NCBI GenBank assembly: GCA_951406725.2
Contig: OX597828.1
Location: 16,740,001-16,804,000, forward strand
Origin: Octopus vulgaris
Taxonomy: Eukaryota
Length of the DNA stretch: 64,000 bases
Reading direction: 5' to 3'
Part shown: one piece after another, positions 13,700-27,739 of the stretch
How the letters are laid out: every line of letters starts with the position of its first letter
Position numbering within the stretch: position 1 is the stretch's first letter
Program-made: the position numbers and the translations under genes
The notes under the pieces: model-generated
Databases searched by the model: none
Seen by the model: only the letters and a program-made list of their open reading frames with translations
What the model was told of the DNA's origin: nothing

Positions 13700-15503
13700 C
13701 CTTTTAGTGGCAATAGGAGTCAAACCGTATAAAAGCTATCAAATTTAGAAACTGAATCGGCGGAGTATAGGTTTTACATCTGTCAAAACAACTCTGGGTG
13801 TCCTGATCGAGCATAATATTGCGGTAAACGTTTTGCAATTTTGTAACGTTCAGTTCAAATTTAAAACTTCAAAACACTCAAGGAGCTTTTTAAAAAGCAA
13901 ATATCCAGACGCGGATTGCACTATTGAAAGATTACAAATAACACGTGCTCGATATGATAAGACAAAATTACAAATCTTCCACGCCTTGAATTCCGTTCGT
14001 CACCAACAGCAATTCTGGAATTTTTTGCTTGAAGAGATATCTATTTGTATCAAGGAAAAGTCCTCCGGTGGATTTCCAAACTGCGTTCTTTTAAATGGAC
14101 AGAACCGTGAGGTGAGTTGCTGAAATGTGTGCGAATGTCGTTGCCCACGAGTTACACGAAATGTCACCGCTTCTAATTCTTCATTATTTTTGAAGTTAAT
14201 GAATTGACTGATGTCACACCCATGAGGAAATTGGCTCTGTTTACCCGACAGATGCATGATGATGCCTCGAAGAAAGAGTTTCTGGTTGGCGAACCACTTC
14301 CTAATCACTTTTAAAGTTGCTGGTATTTTATATTTTGATTATAAATTGGAGTTAAACTTCCTGGGAGCTTTGCGCATCAGCTATGTTTGGTTACATCTTC
14401 TATTTTGCAGGTCTGATGAAAACAGTGTACCAAACGCCAAAATACTTACCACTGCATTAATCGTCAACATAAAATTGTTGCTTAGACTTTAACCGCAACA
14501 CTTCAAGTGGTCATAAGTAGAGTTTTTAAATCTTCGGACGAAACAAAGCTCTCATTCACTGGAATATCAAGTATTTCTGTAAGAAATTAAGAGTCGCGAA
14601 TCAAGTACTACTGTTTTCCCATGCTGCTGCACGCTGACAAAAGGTTATTATCATGTCTTAGAAAATTGCTATTTTCTTCCGAAAGAATAGAAACAATTTA
14701 GAAGAAAAATTGGTATGATATGAATTTCTTTTTGTCAAATGTATTCGGGTATTTCAATGAGCAGAAATTAGGAATTCTAAACAAACAGGTTGCAGTGACT
14801 TGGTAGGGTTAAGGCGTTTAAGAAACTGGTCTCAATTTGGAATGTTGAACTGATAAAGAATATTCCCTTTGATTTTCCCTGCTTGTAGGAAGGATCCGAG
14901 AGTAACCGGAAATCGATACATCGTCGAAAGCAGGAATTGGCAATCATCTGTCACAGCTTGAGGATAAGTTTGAGAAGCACATATGAAGGAAACTCTTGAC
15001 GGCTGGATCCGGCAACTATTCTTATCGAACTTATGTGATACCGAAAATTTTAAAGATGGGCTGCTGGATCTACAAAGTAACGAAGTAAGCAACGATCTTT
15101 CCTGATTCTTTTCCTTAACAGAACTTGGTTTAAAACAGCTAAATCCATAGCATTAAATAACATGTAGAAATTACTCTCGAATCAATAATTCCGTTTCCAA
15201 AAGTTTACCTCAACGAAATTGATTTCTATAATGCTGCATATAAAAATAAAAACTAAAAAATAAACAATAAAGCGAGGTACAGAATGGAATGAAGAATGGT
15301 TCATGACAAAAACATGAGATTGGCAGTCATATATACTAAACGAATAATCTAGATTAAACACTATCAAAAAACCGGTGAAATACAATAAATAATAATATTA
15401 TGTCCCTTAAATATTACAATCTCAAGTCCTGGGACTCACAGGGTAGGTTACTCGGTTGCCAAGACGTATAAGTGACTAAGATCACAACATTATGCCCACC
15501 CTG
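13700..15503 (+). mobile_element. Degraded hAT (Charlie/Buster-like) transposon
   Basis: Ordered eroded motifs: FKTSKHSRSFLKSKYP (cf. KPSKLKRHLxTKHP), RTVR*VAEM, ELTDV, HCINRQHKIVA, LLHADKRLLS (cf. LLHTEVRWLS), FLSNVFGYFNE, HLSQLEDKF..WIRQLF..LLDLQS. Right TIR-like TGCCCACCCTG at 15493-15503. Confidence 0.7.
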
Positions 15504-15899
15504 AATAAATTTTTTGCTTGAAGAGATATCTATTTGTATCTAGGAAAAGTCCTCTGGTGGATTTCCAAACTGCGTTCTTTTAAATGGATAGAGCCGTGAG
15601 GTGAGTTGCTGAAATGAGTGCGGATGCCGTTGCTCACGAGTTTCACGAAATGTCACCGCTTCGAATTCTTCCATCGATCCATCGCAGAATTAATCATTTA
15701 GAATTGAGTGGACTAGAGCAATGTGAAACGAAATATTTTGCTCAAGAACGTAACGCACCACTTGGCTCGCGAATAGAAACGACGATCTCGCGACCGTTAG
15801 TGCACTACCGTAACCACTGTGGACGATGTGCCTTCACAGTGAAAGATAAGCAGTGATAAAAGAGTTATTAACTTTGTTCTCTTGTATTCTTTTTTTCTT

Positions 15900-16123
15900 T
15901 TTTTTTCTTTTATCTGTTTCAGTCATTTCACTGCGGCCATGCTGGAGCACCGCCTTTAGTCGAGCAAATCGTTCCCAGGACTTATTCTTTGTAAGCTTAG
16001 TACTTATTCTATCGGTCCCTTTTGCTGAACCGCAACGTTACGGGGACGTAAACGCACCAGCATCGGTTGTCAAGCGATGTTGGGGGGATAAACACAGACA
16101 CATAAACACACACACACACACAC

Positions 16124-16157
<34 letters not shown>

Positions 16158-16319
16158 GACGGGTTTTTTTCAGTTTCCGTCTAACAAATCCACTCACAAG
16201 GCTTTGGTCGGCCTGAGGCTATAGTAGAAGACACTTGCCCAAGATGCCACGCAGTGGGACTGAACCAGAAACCATGTAGCTGGTAAGCAAGCTACTTACC
16301 ACACAGCCACTCCTGCTCC
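15900..16319 (-). mobile_element. SINE family B with internal (TA)n/(TG)n tract
   Basis: Minus-strand head GGAGCAGGAGTGGCTGTGTGGTAAG...GGTTCAGTCCCAC, core CTTGGGCAAGTGTCTTCT, tail GACTGAAACAGATAAAAG. Homologous to 53779-54454 and 27740-28020. Degenerate fragments at ~16480-16850, 54610-54730, 57636-57790, 58440-58635 and 59070-59270. Confidence 0.9.
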
Positions 16320-17059
16320 CTTTGTGTAAAACTATGCTTGGTGCTAACGGCATGAAGTCATGAGCTAATGGAGTTGATTGTTTAACTATAAACTTTTTCG
16401 TGATTAAAGTTTCTTCTCTTTAAATGACTTTTTCACAATTTCCGTTATCTGTTTTTTTTTATATCTTATATATTTAATTATTTCAATCATTGAACTACGT
16501 CCATGCATGGGTATCACCTTTAAGGGTTTTAGTTGGACAAATCAACCCTAGTACTTATTTTTATTGCTAACCTTGTACGTTTTCAATCGGTCACATTAGC
16601 TGAGCTGCTAGTTTGCGGGAACGTAAACAAAATAACACTGGTTGTCAAATAGTGGAGGGTGCCAAGTACCAACACAAAACTTGTACAGACGCATTGACTC
16701 ACACACACATACACACATACTCAGCGGGTTCCTCACAGTTTTCGCCTATCAACTACACAGAGTGGAAGACACTTTCGCAAGGTGCCACGCAATGACACTG
16801 AACACGCACCACTTGGTTGTAAATTGCGTTTCTTAACCACACAGCCATAATCAAACAGTACAAAAAACAAATTTAATTAAACGTCATTTGTTTTTGAATG
16901 CCATTAGAATGCTTGCCGATTGAATTTGTCATCAAAGGTGGGCCGGGCTAATAAATGTTCTGGAACAGTCTTCTACACGGTCTAATAACTTCTGTGCTCG
17001 TATTAATTATATTTAAATACTTCGACCATAAACAGTTGTATTTGTGTACCACTGTTCTC

Positions 17060-17360
17060 AGGTTAGGTAAATATGCTACAGCTATGCTGCATACCCAGGT
17101 TAGTAAAATACGATACTACCATGTTGCATACACAGATCAGTAAAATACGATACAACCATGTTGCACACACAGATCAGTAAAATACGATACAACCATGTTG
17201 CACACACAGATCAGTAAAATACGATACAGCCATGTTGCACACACAGATCAGTAAAATACGATACAACCATGTTGCACACACAGATCAGTAAAATACGATA
17301 CAGCCATGTTGCACACACAGATCAGTAAAATACGATACAGCCATGTTGTATACTTCAGAT
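17060..17360. repeat. 37-bp minisatellite, ~8 copies
   Basis: AGATCAGTAAAATACGATACA(A/G)CCATGTTGCACACAC at 17134, 17171, 17208, 17245, 17282 and 17319, plus two diverged 5' units. Confidence 0.95.
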
Positions 17361-18016
17361 TTGTTTCACTAAACACAGTGATAAAATTTACCGAACAGTG
17401 AGCGTATACATACTCCCTAGGTTCGTTAGAAACAGCAGCAATACCTTCTGCTAAAATCCTATAAAGCAGTTTTATTTTTAAATATTATAAATAGAGATAT
17501 TATATCGAAAGTTTTTTTTTTTAATCTGTTTCAATCACTGGTAATTAAGAAAATCGGCTCATGGTTTTAAACCCGGATTCGATGTAAATGTGAAGCATGA
17601 AAGGCGTCTTCTATTGTGTCGAAACTCACACATACATTTATACATATATGCATACATATACAAACATATATACACACACACACGCACACACACATATATG
17701 CATACATACATACATACATACATACATACATACATACATACATACATACATACACACACACACATACACTCACACATATATTGTAGATTTATCAGTCCGT
17801 TTAGAGTTGCCTCTCTTAGATACATCTCATGGAAAATAACCAACAAACTTGAAACATCGATGTCTGAGAATCATAATAGATGCCAACTCTGAACGGACTG
17901 GGTGTTTTTACACCTTTTTACCACATGAAAGTTTTTTTCTCTACCGTAACTGCAGTATATTTGCATTTAAGCAGTTAAAATATGTGACAAACATATTTGT
18001 ACTTACCTTATTCTTA

Positions 18017-18060
<44 letters not shown>

Positions 18061-18155
18061 CTGATCTGACGATATCAATGCAAAATTCTAAATATTGTTA
18101 GTATTAAATCGACGTTATATACTGAACACTTCTTTTTTTCCTTACTTTCGTACAC

Positions 18156-18212
<57 letters not shown>

Positions 18213-19853
18213 CACACAAACAAACAAACAAACACACACACGCACACAAACAAATACATTGCTCTATTCTTAGAATATTGAGGACCGTATTGATAGCTAT
18301 ATTGAAATCGTGATGCGTTTTATATACTACACGCTATACTTTCCTTAAGAAGTCGAGCACATTTAATTATAAATCATCGAGAATTATTCTCATTGAAGAA
18401 CTTGTTATTAAAAATCCATTTGTTTATTTTTGTCTCACTTCCGAGTCATTTCTTAGATTGTGGATTTAGATTCACCTTCACGTATGACATGCCCTCTACA
18501 TCAATCTAGTTTGAATAGTGGGCGCTTCCTCAGAATTGACTTACCTTTCCTGAAAATCATAGCATACATGTATAACATGCTAAATTGTGAAGACATTGTA
18601 ATAGATATTCAATTTGATATATTTATGTTTGCATTTACCCAAAGTTATAAGAAACAAATTAGTATCGAATTGAAAGCTCACTCAATTATCTTTTTAATAG
18701 AGTAAATATTTATCAATTTTTACAAGGTAACATTTTGCATAAGTTTCAAAGTTTCGGATCATTGGCCGTCATCAGACTGTGGTTTATTCTGTCATTCAAG
18801 CTTTAGTAATGTTTTAGGTGATGTGTTCTTTTGGTGAATCAAGTAATGTGAAATAAAATTATATAATGTGTACGAAAGCAGAGGTGATGAGTAGGAAGAG
18901 GCGGTAAAGAGATATAAGTAGATATTATTTGGTTTTAACATCAGTGACAAAACCGATTAAATTTGTACATCCAGCCATACAGACAACACTCTCTCCTCTT
19001 TCACGTCATAAGTAAAACGCAGAAAACCATTCACTGGCCAGTTGAAACCCGCTGCCATCGATGTTAGCGTTATCGAGCGGAGAGTTAATAGAAGGGAAAT
19101 GATAATTTCTTCATAATATTTTGTGTGATCAGAGTTTGTATTTCTGGATTTAATTGCCTCTGCTCAGTATATCTGTTTTACTTAACTGCCCACACATGCA
19201 TTATAATACTTAACGTTTGTTCATGAGAAAACGTGATGAAATAAATGCATGACAGATTTTGCCTTAACCCTGTAACATTTAGTGGGATAATTACAGGCTA
19301 AACATAATGAATAAAAGCTTCGCCCTGGGATCAAAACAGTGTTAGTAAGAACTCTCTTTGTTGTAAAGTGTATGTTTCAGAGAATAATGTCGAAAAAAGC
19401 AAGAAACAGTATGTATGCGTTGCTGTGATACTGAGGGAAAATCTACCATAGTAAATATATATATATATGAATAGATAACAGATTAATGAAAAGAAAGCAT
19501 TATCAGCTACCCTATCAAAGAACTCAGCATTTAACATTATATATATTACTTAAATGTTGCTTCAGTAATTGGACAGCTGATAATTATCACCTAATAGAAC
19601 TGGATTTCACCACCAGGAACATATACGCACGCACACATACATACATGCATACATGCAAGCATATATACATACATCAATACATACAGACACAGAAATATGC
19701 ATATATATATATATATACATATATGTATGTATATACATAGATATTTCATATATCTCAAAGTTATACATAAACATACATATACCAACATAGATATGAACTA
19801 TGAGTATATGTATATACGTCTATCTATCTATCAATCTATCTAATTTATTTATT

Positions 19854-19902
<49 letters not shown>

Positions 19903-19934
19903 TACATACATATATTCATATAGATATATACGTA

Positions 19935-19978
<44 letters not shown>

Positions 19979-20012
19979 CATGCATACATATATTCATAGA
20001 GATATATACGTA

Positions 20013-20055
<43 letters not shown>

Positions 20056-20468
20056 TTACACACTTAAACACAAACACGCAAGCTCGTACACACACACATA
20101 CACATATATATATATACATACATACATACATTCATATATATGAATATATTCATGTGTTCACACATGTGAAGGTGGCGTCCTCTAATTATATTTACGACAG
20201 GATGCTTTTGAATATTGTAACATAATGAACGAGACAGTTGAATAATTCAATAAAATTTCAATAAATGAGACAATGAACAACGAAATCCTTCTCTAAGCAA
20301 GACACAATAAATTCAAGTTAAATTACGGTAAATATGACGGAAGATGTATCCTCGTAAAAATGAAACAAAACGCTTGTTTAGTTTGTATTAATGAAAAGAA
20401 CGCAGTTTGCTGAAGAACATTACAAGATATACACTATTTTGAAAGCATATATATATAATGGTATGTGA

Positions 20469-20510
<42 letters not shown>

Positions 20511-20675
20511 GCATGTGCGATTGCAGAGTAAAAGAGGATGAATCTTTCATTGAAGTAGTTAAAGAAAGAAATTGAATCGAATAAAAATATACAAAATAAA
20601 AGAAAATTTAAAATAGCTATGTGAAATTTTCTATTGATTTTACAAGAAATTCTCCTTTACAAATTTCGTCTCTCG

Positions 20676-20686
20676 TATTATTATTA

Positions 20687-20771
<85 letters not shown>

Positions 20772-20790
20772 CATCATTATTATTATTACA

Positions 20791-20856
<66 letters not shown>

Positions 20857-20923
20857 GCTGTTATTATTATCATTGCGACGATCATATTGTTATCATCATA
20901 GTTTTTTGTAACTATTATTATTA

Positions 20924-20979
<56 letters not shown>

Positions 20980-20992
20980 GTTGTTGTTGTTG

Positions 20993-21023
<31 letters not shown>

Positions 21024-21037
21024 CATTATTATTGTTG

Positions 21038-21082
<45 letters not shown>

Positions 21083-21207
21083 CTTGCCTTGCGACCGAAG
21101 TTGTGCATCATAAACCAATGTTAATTTCTTCCACGACGAGAATTAAAGGCCGTTACATCGCGGCTCTCAATCGATGTGGCTGCATTTCACAGATGAAGCA
21201 ATAGGAA

Positions 21208-21250
<43 letters not shown>

Positions 21251-21384
21251 GAAACACACACGCACACACAGATATAGACACATACACAAAGTCCAACATA
21301 AACGCCAAACGAGAAAAAAAGAAAATTTAAACGAATTCAAAATCAAAATACAACTAAAGCAAAATTAAAAGCTAAAAATAAGTA

Positions 21385-21453
<69 letters not shown>

Positions 21454-21463
21454 GATAATAACG

Positions 21464-21507
<44 letters not shown>

Positions 21508-21508
21508 G

Positions 21509-21581
<73 letters not shown>

Positions 21582-21595
21582 TGATGATAATAGTA
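20676..21595. repeat. (ATT)n block (20676-21080) facing an (AAT)n block (21386-21595)
   Basis: Direct reading. Confidence 0.95.
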
Positions 21596-22590
21596 ATAAA
21601 TCAACAGAGAGAAGAAGAAGATAAATATAATTGAAGCAGAAATCAGAAACGAAACTAAATCTAAAGTAAACAGGAATTTCTTAAGGAGTGACGGTTAACC
21701 ACAACGATATTCTGAAAATATAAATGTGAAGTGAAATAATAACAATATAACTTCAAGTGTCGTATAATATTCAGATATCTCGACGTTCTTCTTTTCCGAA
21801 GGAAATCAAAAATGACGATAACGAATGTTGTAGTGAAGTGGCGGAGGAGATAATGACAGCGATATGTTAGGGCTGGTATTGTGGCGGTGATACAGGACTC
21901 TGATTGTATCGTTGTAGTTATTATTATTGCTCTTATAGCATTGTCACTGATGCTGTTGGAGCTGGCGTTGATAATGTGACTGGCAATTGTATTTGTGCCG
22001 CAAGGTAAGATGGCGGCGTATTTCAGTCAGTCAATACGCTTCTAGCTGCTCTCCTTACTGTATTTAGTCATATGTCTCTCGTCGCCATCAGCAATATTAA
22101 GTGCGATGGTATTTGTATGTTGCTGTTTAAAGGCGCCATCTTTGACGGTGCTGTTGTTCTTCTTAGCCGCGGTTTAGCCTCTACATATCGTCCTGAGTTT
22201 TATCAATAAACACGAAAACTCACAAGAGTCTTTCTCCGCCGTTTTCCCCGCGAATTAGAAGATACTCGTTCGTTCTACTTCCTGAATCACCTGACAAACT
22301 ATATATATTTTTTTGTCGCATCTCGTATTTTCGATGTCATATTGGCATTGCTTTCTAAGTTTGTTCCAAACAATTTTTTTTCATAGAAAGTATGCCAATG
22401 AGCTTTGCATCATGCAGCTCTGTAAAAACCACTCTTGTTTGAGATTAAACAGTTCTGCAACAATCCGTGTAACGAAATTAACGACAAGATACTAATTGGA
22501 CAACATGCATAATAATCGCACAAAATTTACGAAGAGAAATTGTTGTGACCGCATCACTACAACAACAACAACAACGACAACTAATACTAG

Positions 22591-22628
<38 letters not shown>

Positions 22629-22672
22629 GTAGTAGTAGTAGTAGTAGTAATAATAATAATAATAATAATAAC

Positions 22673-22703
<31 letters not shown>

Positions 22704-22706
<3 letters not shown>

Positions 22707-22920
22707 CATTTCTACTAAAGTCACATAGACTGAAATTTGTGGGGAGGGGAGTAGTCAATTATATCAACCTCAGTACTCAACTGGTACTTATTGTATCGAT
22801 CTCGAGAGTATGAAACGCAAAGTCAACCACGGCGGAATTTGAGCTCAGAAAGCCAGGACGGACGAAATGTCACTAAGCATTTTTCCCGCCATGCTAGCGA
22901 TTCTGTTGGTTCACCATCTT
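22704..22920 (-). mobile_element. SINE family C between (AAT)n tracts
   Basis: GCAAAGTCAACCACGGCGGAATTTGAGCTCAGAA core, flanked on both sides by (AAT)n. Confidence 0.8.
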
Positions 22921-22948
22921 AATAATAATAATAATAATGATGATGATG

Positions 22949-23006
<58 letters not shown>

Positions 23007-23026
23007 TAATAATAATAATAATGATG

Positions 23027-23105
<79 letters not shown>

Positions 23106-23137
23106 TAATAATAGTAATAATAATAATAATGATAATA

Positions 23138-23168
<31 letters not shown>

Positions 23169-23209
23169 TGATAAAAATAATAAAAATAATAATGATAATA
23201 ATAGTAATA

Positions 23210-23261
<52 letters not shown>

Positions 23262-23278
23262 TGATGATGATGATGATG

Positions 23279-23332
<54 letters not shown>

Positions 23333-23395
23333 TTAATAATAATAATAATAATAATAATGATGATGATGATGATAATAATAATAATAATAATAATG

Positions 23396-23466
<71 letters not shown>

Positions 23467-23467
23467 C

Positions 23468-23660
23468 CTTTATACTAATGGTGCAAGGCCTGAAATTTAG
23501 GCGAGGTGACTACTCGATTACAACCACTCCCGTGTTTCGACTCCGAAAGGATGATAAGCAAAGTCGACCATGGCGGAATTTAAATTCAGAACGTAAAGAT
23601 GGGTGAAATTCCGCTAAGCATTTTGTTGGACACGCCAACGATTCTGCCAGCTCACTGTCT
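23468..23660 (-). mobile_element. SINE family C between (AAT)n tracts
   Basis: CCGAAAGGATGATAAGCAAAGTCGACCATGGCGGAATTTAAATTCAGAACG core. Confidence 0.8.
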
Positions 23661-23745
23661 TAATAATATCAGAAGCAATTCTTCTTCCTTCTGTTCCTCA
23701 TCCTCCATCTGCCTTCCTATTACTCGCACCAATAATAATAATAAC

Positions 23746-23807
<62 letters not shown>

Positions 23808-23830
23808 TAACAACAACAATAATAATAATC

Positions 23831-23882
<52 letters not shown>

Positions 23883-23949
23883 TAACAATAACAACAACAA
23901 CAATAATAATAATCATAATAATAAAGATAATAATAATAATAACAACAAC

Positions 23950-23984
<35 letters not shown>

Positions 23985-24096
23985 TAACAACAACAACAAC
24001 AACAGAAACAACAACAACAGCAATAATAATAATAATAATAACAACAAAAACAACAACCACAACAACAACAGCAACAACAACAACAACAACAACAAC

Positions 24097-24180
<84 letters not shown>

Positions 24181-25270
24181 CAACTAAATTGGTGGAGAGT
24201 ATGCAAAATCAAATTGAATTACGTCTTAGGCACGTTTAAAAATAGTGAGGGGGGAAAGGTGACAGGAAATGGTGAAAAGGGGGTAGAAAAGAAATGATCT
24301 AGGAGAGTGAGCAAGAGAGAAGTAGACGAAACGAGAGAAAGAAATAGCGAGAGAGAGAGAAAGTGAGAGAGAGAGAGAGAAAGTGAGAGTAAGAGCGGAA
24401 GAGGGAAAAAAGAGAGGGTAGAAATAGTGAGAGTGTGTGATAAATTGTTATTTCAGTTATCAGATGGTAATTTTATTTTGTAATCAACGAATCTTTCAGA
24501 ACATTGTTTAAACAGAAATAACTATTCATTAAAAATAGATTTTTGAGGCTGTCGTTTTCGATAGAAAAGAGTAAAAAAAAAAAAAAAAAAAAAACAAAAA
24601 GAAAAGAAAAAAGTACAAATAAGGTCACCAGGCGAGGTTAACTTTGAAGCAAACGTTTGCAAAAGTTTTCCTCATTTGCAAACATATTAATTATACATTG
24701 ATACTTTTCTACGCTCTGCAAAATGAATGGCAATAAGAACTCGAAGATTATCTTAACACGCTCATATGTTTGTGATATCGCTTTAGCGCCCATTACACAC
24801 ATACACATACAAACAAACAAATAAACAAACACACATATACATGTAATCATTCATGCGCACAAAAATACACATATATACACACTCATTTCTCTGTGCATCT
24901 GTTTCTTTCTCTGAAAATATATATTTATTTAATTTAAAGCAAAGCAAAGATATTGTTTATAAGACATTTAGCTACATCATCTTACGTGAGTTTCATTAAC
25001 AAGAGGCCATTATTAGTTACACAATGTAAATGACGTAGAAAAGACTTATTGTTAAATCGGCAGAAGCGTGTAACATCTTTATATGTAACTTTATAGATTG
25101 TAGAAAAGATGACAGAATTAACCATCAAGTAGATAGTGAGTGCTTCTATTCAATGAAATCAGAGACGGAGATACGAACACACACTCACACACGCGCACAA
25201 ACATACACATACTCATCCTTGTGTCTCTCTGTCCGACCATCTGTCTATCTGTATATATATATATATATAT

Positions 25271-25307
<37 letters not shown>

Positions 25308-25342
25308 CATACATACATATATATATATATGGTTTTATATAC

Positions 25343-25378
<36 letters not shown>

Positions 25379-25473
25379 CTCTAATTTAATATATAAATAT
25401 ATATATTTATACTGTAAAATTAGATTTAATCCTAAATCTAATTTTTCCCTGTAAGTTTGGATTTACTCCCTAA

Positions 25474-25577
<104 letters not shown>

Positions 25578-25776
25578 ATATGCAGATTCACATGTGTGTG
25601 TTCACAATTTCGAAGGTACTGTAAATAAATTCATATAAAAAAAACCATACTCTACCCAAGTAACGTGTCCATTATTCAAGCAATAGTAGCTATTTTTAAT
25701 TACAAACTCTCAAAATTTAACTTCATACAACAAATTCGTAGGCGTACTCACTCTCGTGCAAACACGTATGCACGCG

Positions 25777-25821
<45 letters not shown>

Positions 25822-25830
25822 ACACACACA

Positions 25831-26925
25831 TTATGCCGGCTACCCACTAGTGAACCAGTTTTGTGGGGGTTGTATCAAGTTATACCAATAAGTATGTAGG
25901 ATTAATATAATAATAAGAATAATGCTAGGATGGAATTTCTAAACCATTAATGGTTCGCTACGTGCGTTTCCACGAATCACATGACTCTTAAGATCACAGT
26001 CAGTATTCCTGGGATGATTACAGTGTAGTCCGTTATATTTGTGGGCATCAGGTTAATCATCATCATGGATTCATTTCTTCAGGCGATATAACATTAGTGG
26101 ATGAACTACAAAAGGATGTTTTTCTCTTTTCACCAGTATGAAGGTCAGGTCAGTTATTTGGGCATTTCAATGTGTATTTGGAGAGGAGTAGGTGATGAAA
26201 ATAGAAGCAAGAATGATTGTTATATGGGAATGGAGGTTTATGTAGTCATGTTGAATTTATTTTGCTAATCATTCAGCAGAATTTAAAGACAGGTAGTAAA
26301 TTCTTTTGTTTGATTGTAAGGCATGAATATCTTCAATAAATTCTAAACTCAACAGGTGGTTAAGTACTACAGTTTTTACAGTGATGCTTATTGACTGAAT
26401 TGATAAATGCTACCGTTTTATGGTGACCTCTTCATTGTTTTTGTTGGTAAAGTGTATAACATCTCACATATTGGCTGGTTCATTTATTTGTTTGAGTTCC
26501 TTCGATTTTCTCCAATGTGTTATTTTTTCAAACTCAACGAATGATGTTTTGTCCCTGTGTTTACATGATATGGTAATTTCAGAGTGCCTATTTATCACGT
26601 TTTCACTGGATGTGATTATTTCCAGGGTTTCCTCTAGGCATACTCGTGATCTTACATTATATGGTGCAGCGTTTTTTATAATCGACTAGTTGGTCGTAAG
26701 TTTCACTCCAATATGTTTTAGTCTCCAGACGAGGTTCGATAGACATGTAGAGTATCTTATTTATATCTGAAAATGAAAAGAGATGGTTTCTCAGACGATT
26801 TTTCATGCTGTGTCGGGTACCACCAATGTACACCTATTACTGCGCATCTGTCTTCACCTCACACTTGTACATTATATTCCTTATTATGCAGCAGTTAATT
26901 CTGCATTCTTCTTTCCGTTGAGCTT
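25831..26925 (-). mobile_element. 5'-truncated Penelope-like element (GIY-YIG C-terminus plus HHR-bearing pseudo-LTR) inserted in a (CA)n tract
   Basis: Minus strand reads VYIGGTRHSMKNRLRNHLFSF...STCLSNLVWRLK...SIIKNAAPYNVRSRVCLEETLEII...VINRHSEITISCKHRDK. An HHR lies downstream, and (CA)n flanks both ends (25779-25830, 26926-26948). Confidence 0.8.
25955..26086 (-). ncRNA. Type I hammerhead ribozyme motif with long stem II insertion
   Basis: Minus strand: UCGC-CUGAAGA-aAUGAAUC...GAUUCGUg-GAA-ACG-CA-CGU-A-GCGA. Stem I UCGC/GCGA, cleavage triplet GUA. The first stem II pair is mismatched. Confidence 0.65.
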
Positions 26926-27739
26926 CACACACACACACACACACACACGTATGTGTGTGTGTACCAAATGTATAAAATTTGGTCATAAAGGAATCGGAAC
27001 ATAGAACTCATAATATGTTTTAACAGCTTATTAAATATCGCAAAGCACAAATAAATTTATTCTAAAGGTGACGTCATGACATGCGTAAGAATGCACTGAA
27101 AAATATGTCTGCAGTTGAATTTCTGTTTGTCAAGTTTTGAGCTTAGTTTAACTATAATATTTAAGATGAAAGCCATTCACTTATTTATTCTGTCATTCAG
27201 TTATTCCTTCATGTATTCCAAGCATATTCTCAGTGTATTCTGTAATTCATAGAATAAAATGGATTGTTACTTACATTATCACCACTAAACTGTTGAGAAT
27301 GAAAACCTTCATAGATAAGATAAAGTGTCCAATTGCTGGCTCTAAATATCCCGACTTGAAATTGCCTTCAGTGTGATCACGGTAAACTTCTCTCTATATA
27401 CAAGTACTTCTAAGAAAGTGTTCTGCAGTAATTTATGTGAGTGAAAGATATCAAACGATAACATTTGGACGTGTATCAATCAATACCCCATTCATAAATA
27501 ACTTATTTACAGGTATTCGCTCATTGCCAAGTAAGATAAAGACTGTATTAAAATACACGCACACACACATATTATAGACTCACACGCTCGCGCACGCCAC
27601 CATACATATACATACGCGTACACACACGAACACATAACACGTAACACACATATACACAAAAATATATAGGTAGCCATACATATATGTTAATATCTATTCA
27701 CATACTAACAGGCATAACACACGCACGCACACACATACA

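Larger units (their letters stand above)
22555..24180. repeat. Large (AAT)n/(AAC)n/(GAT)n field interleaved with two family C SINEs
   Basis: Direct reading; explains the poly-Asn and poly-Ile ORFs. Confidence 0.95.

Noticed and set aside
17097-17355. CRISPR-like 37-bp repeats
   Set aside because: The units are contiguous with no unique spacers, there are no cas genes, and the context is eukaryotic.
18741-18780. Minus-strand CTGATGA...GAAAC hammerhead-like motif
   Set aside because: Stem II is imperfect and the stem III/NUH site is broken. It is counted only as a decayed remnant, not called as a feature.
20621-24297. Long poly-Tyr/Asn/Ile/Leu ORFs
   Set aside because: These are stop-free frames of (ATT)n/(AAT)n tracts, partly joined to SINE sequence.
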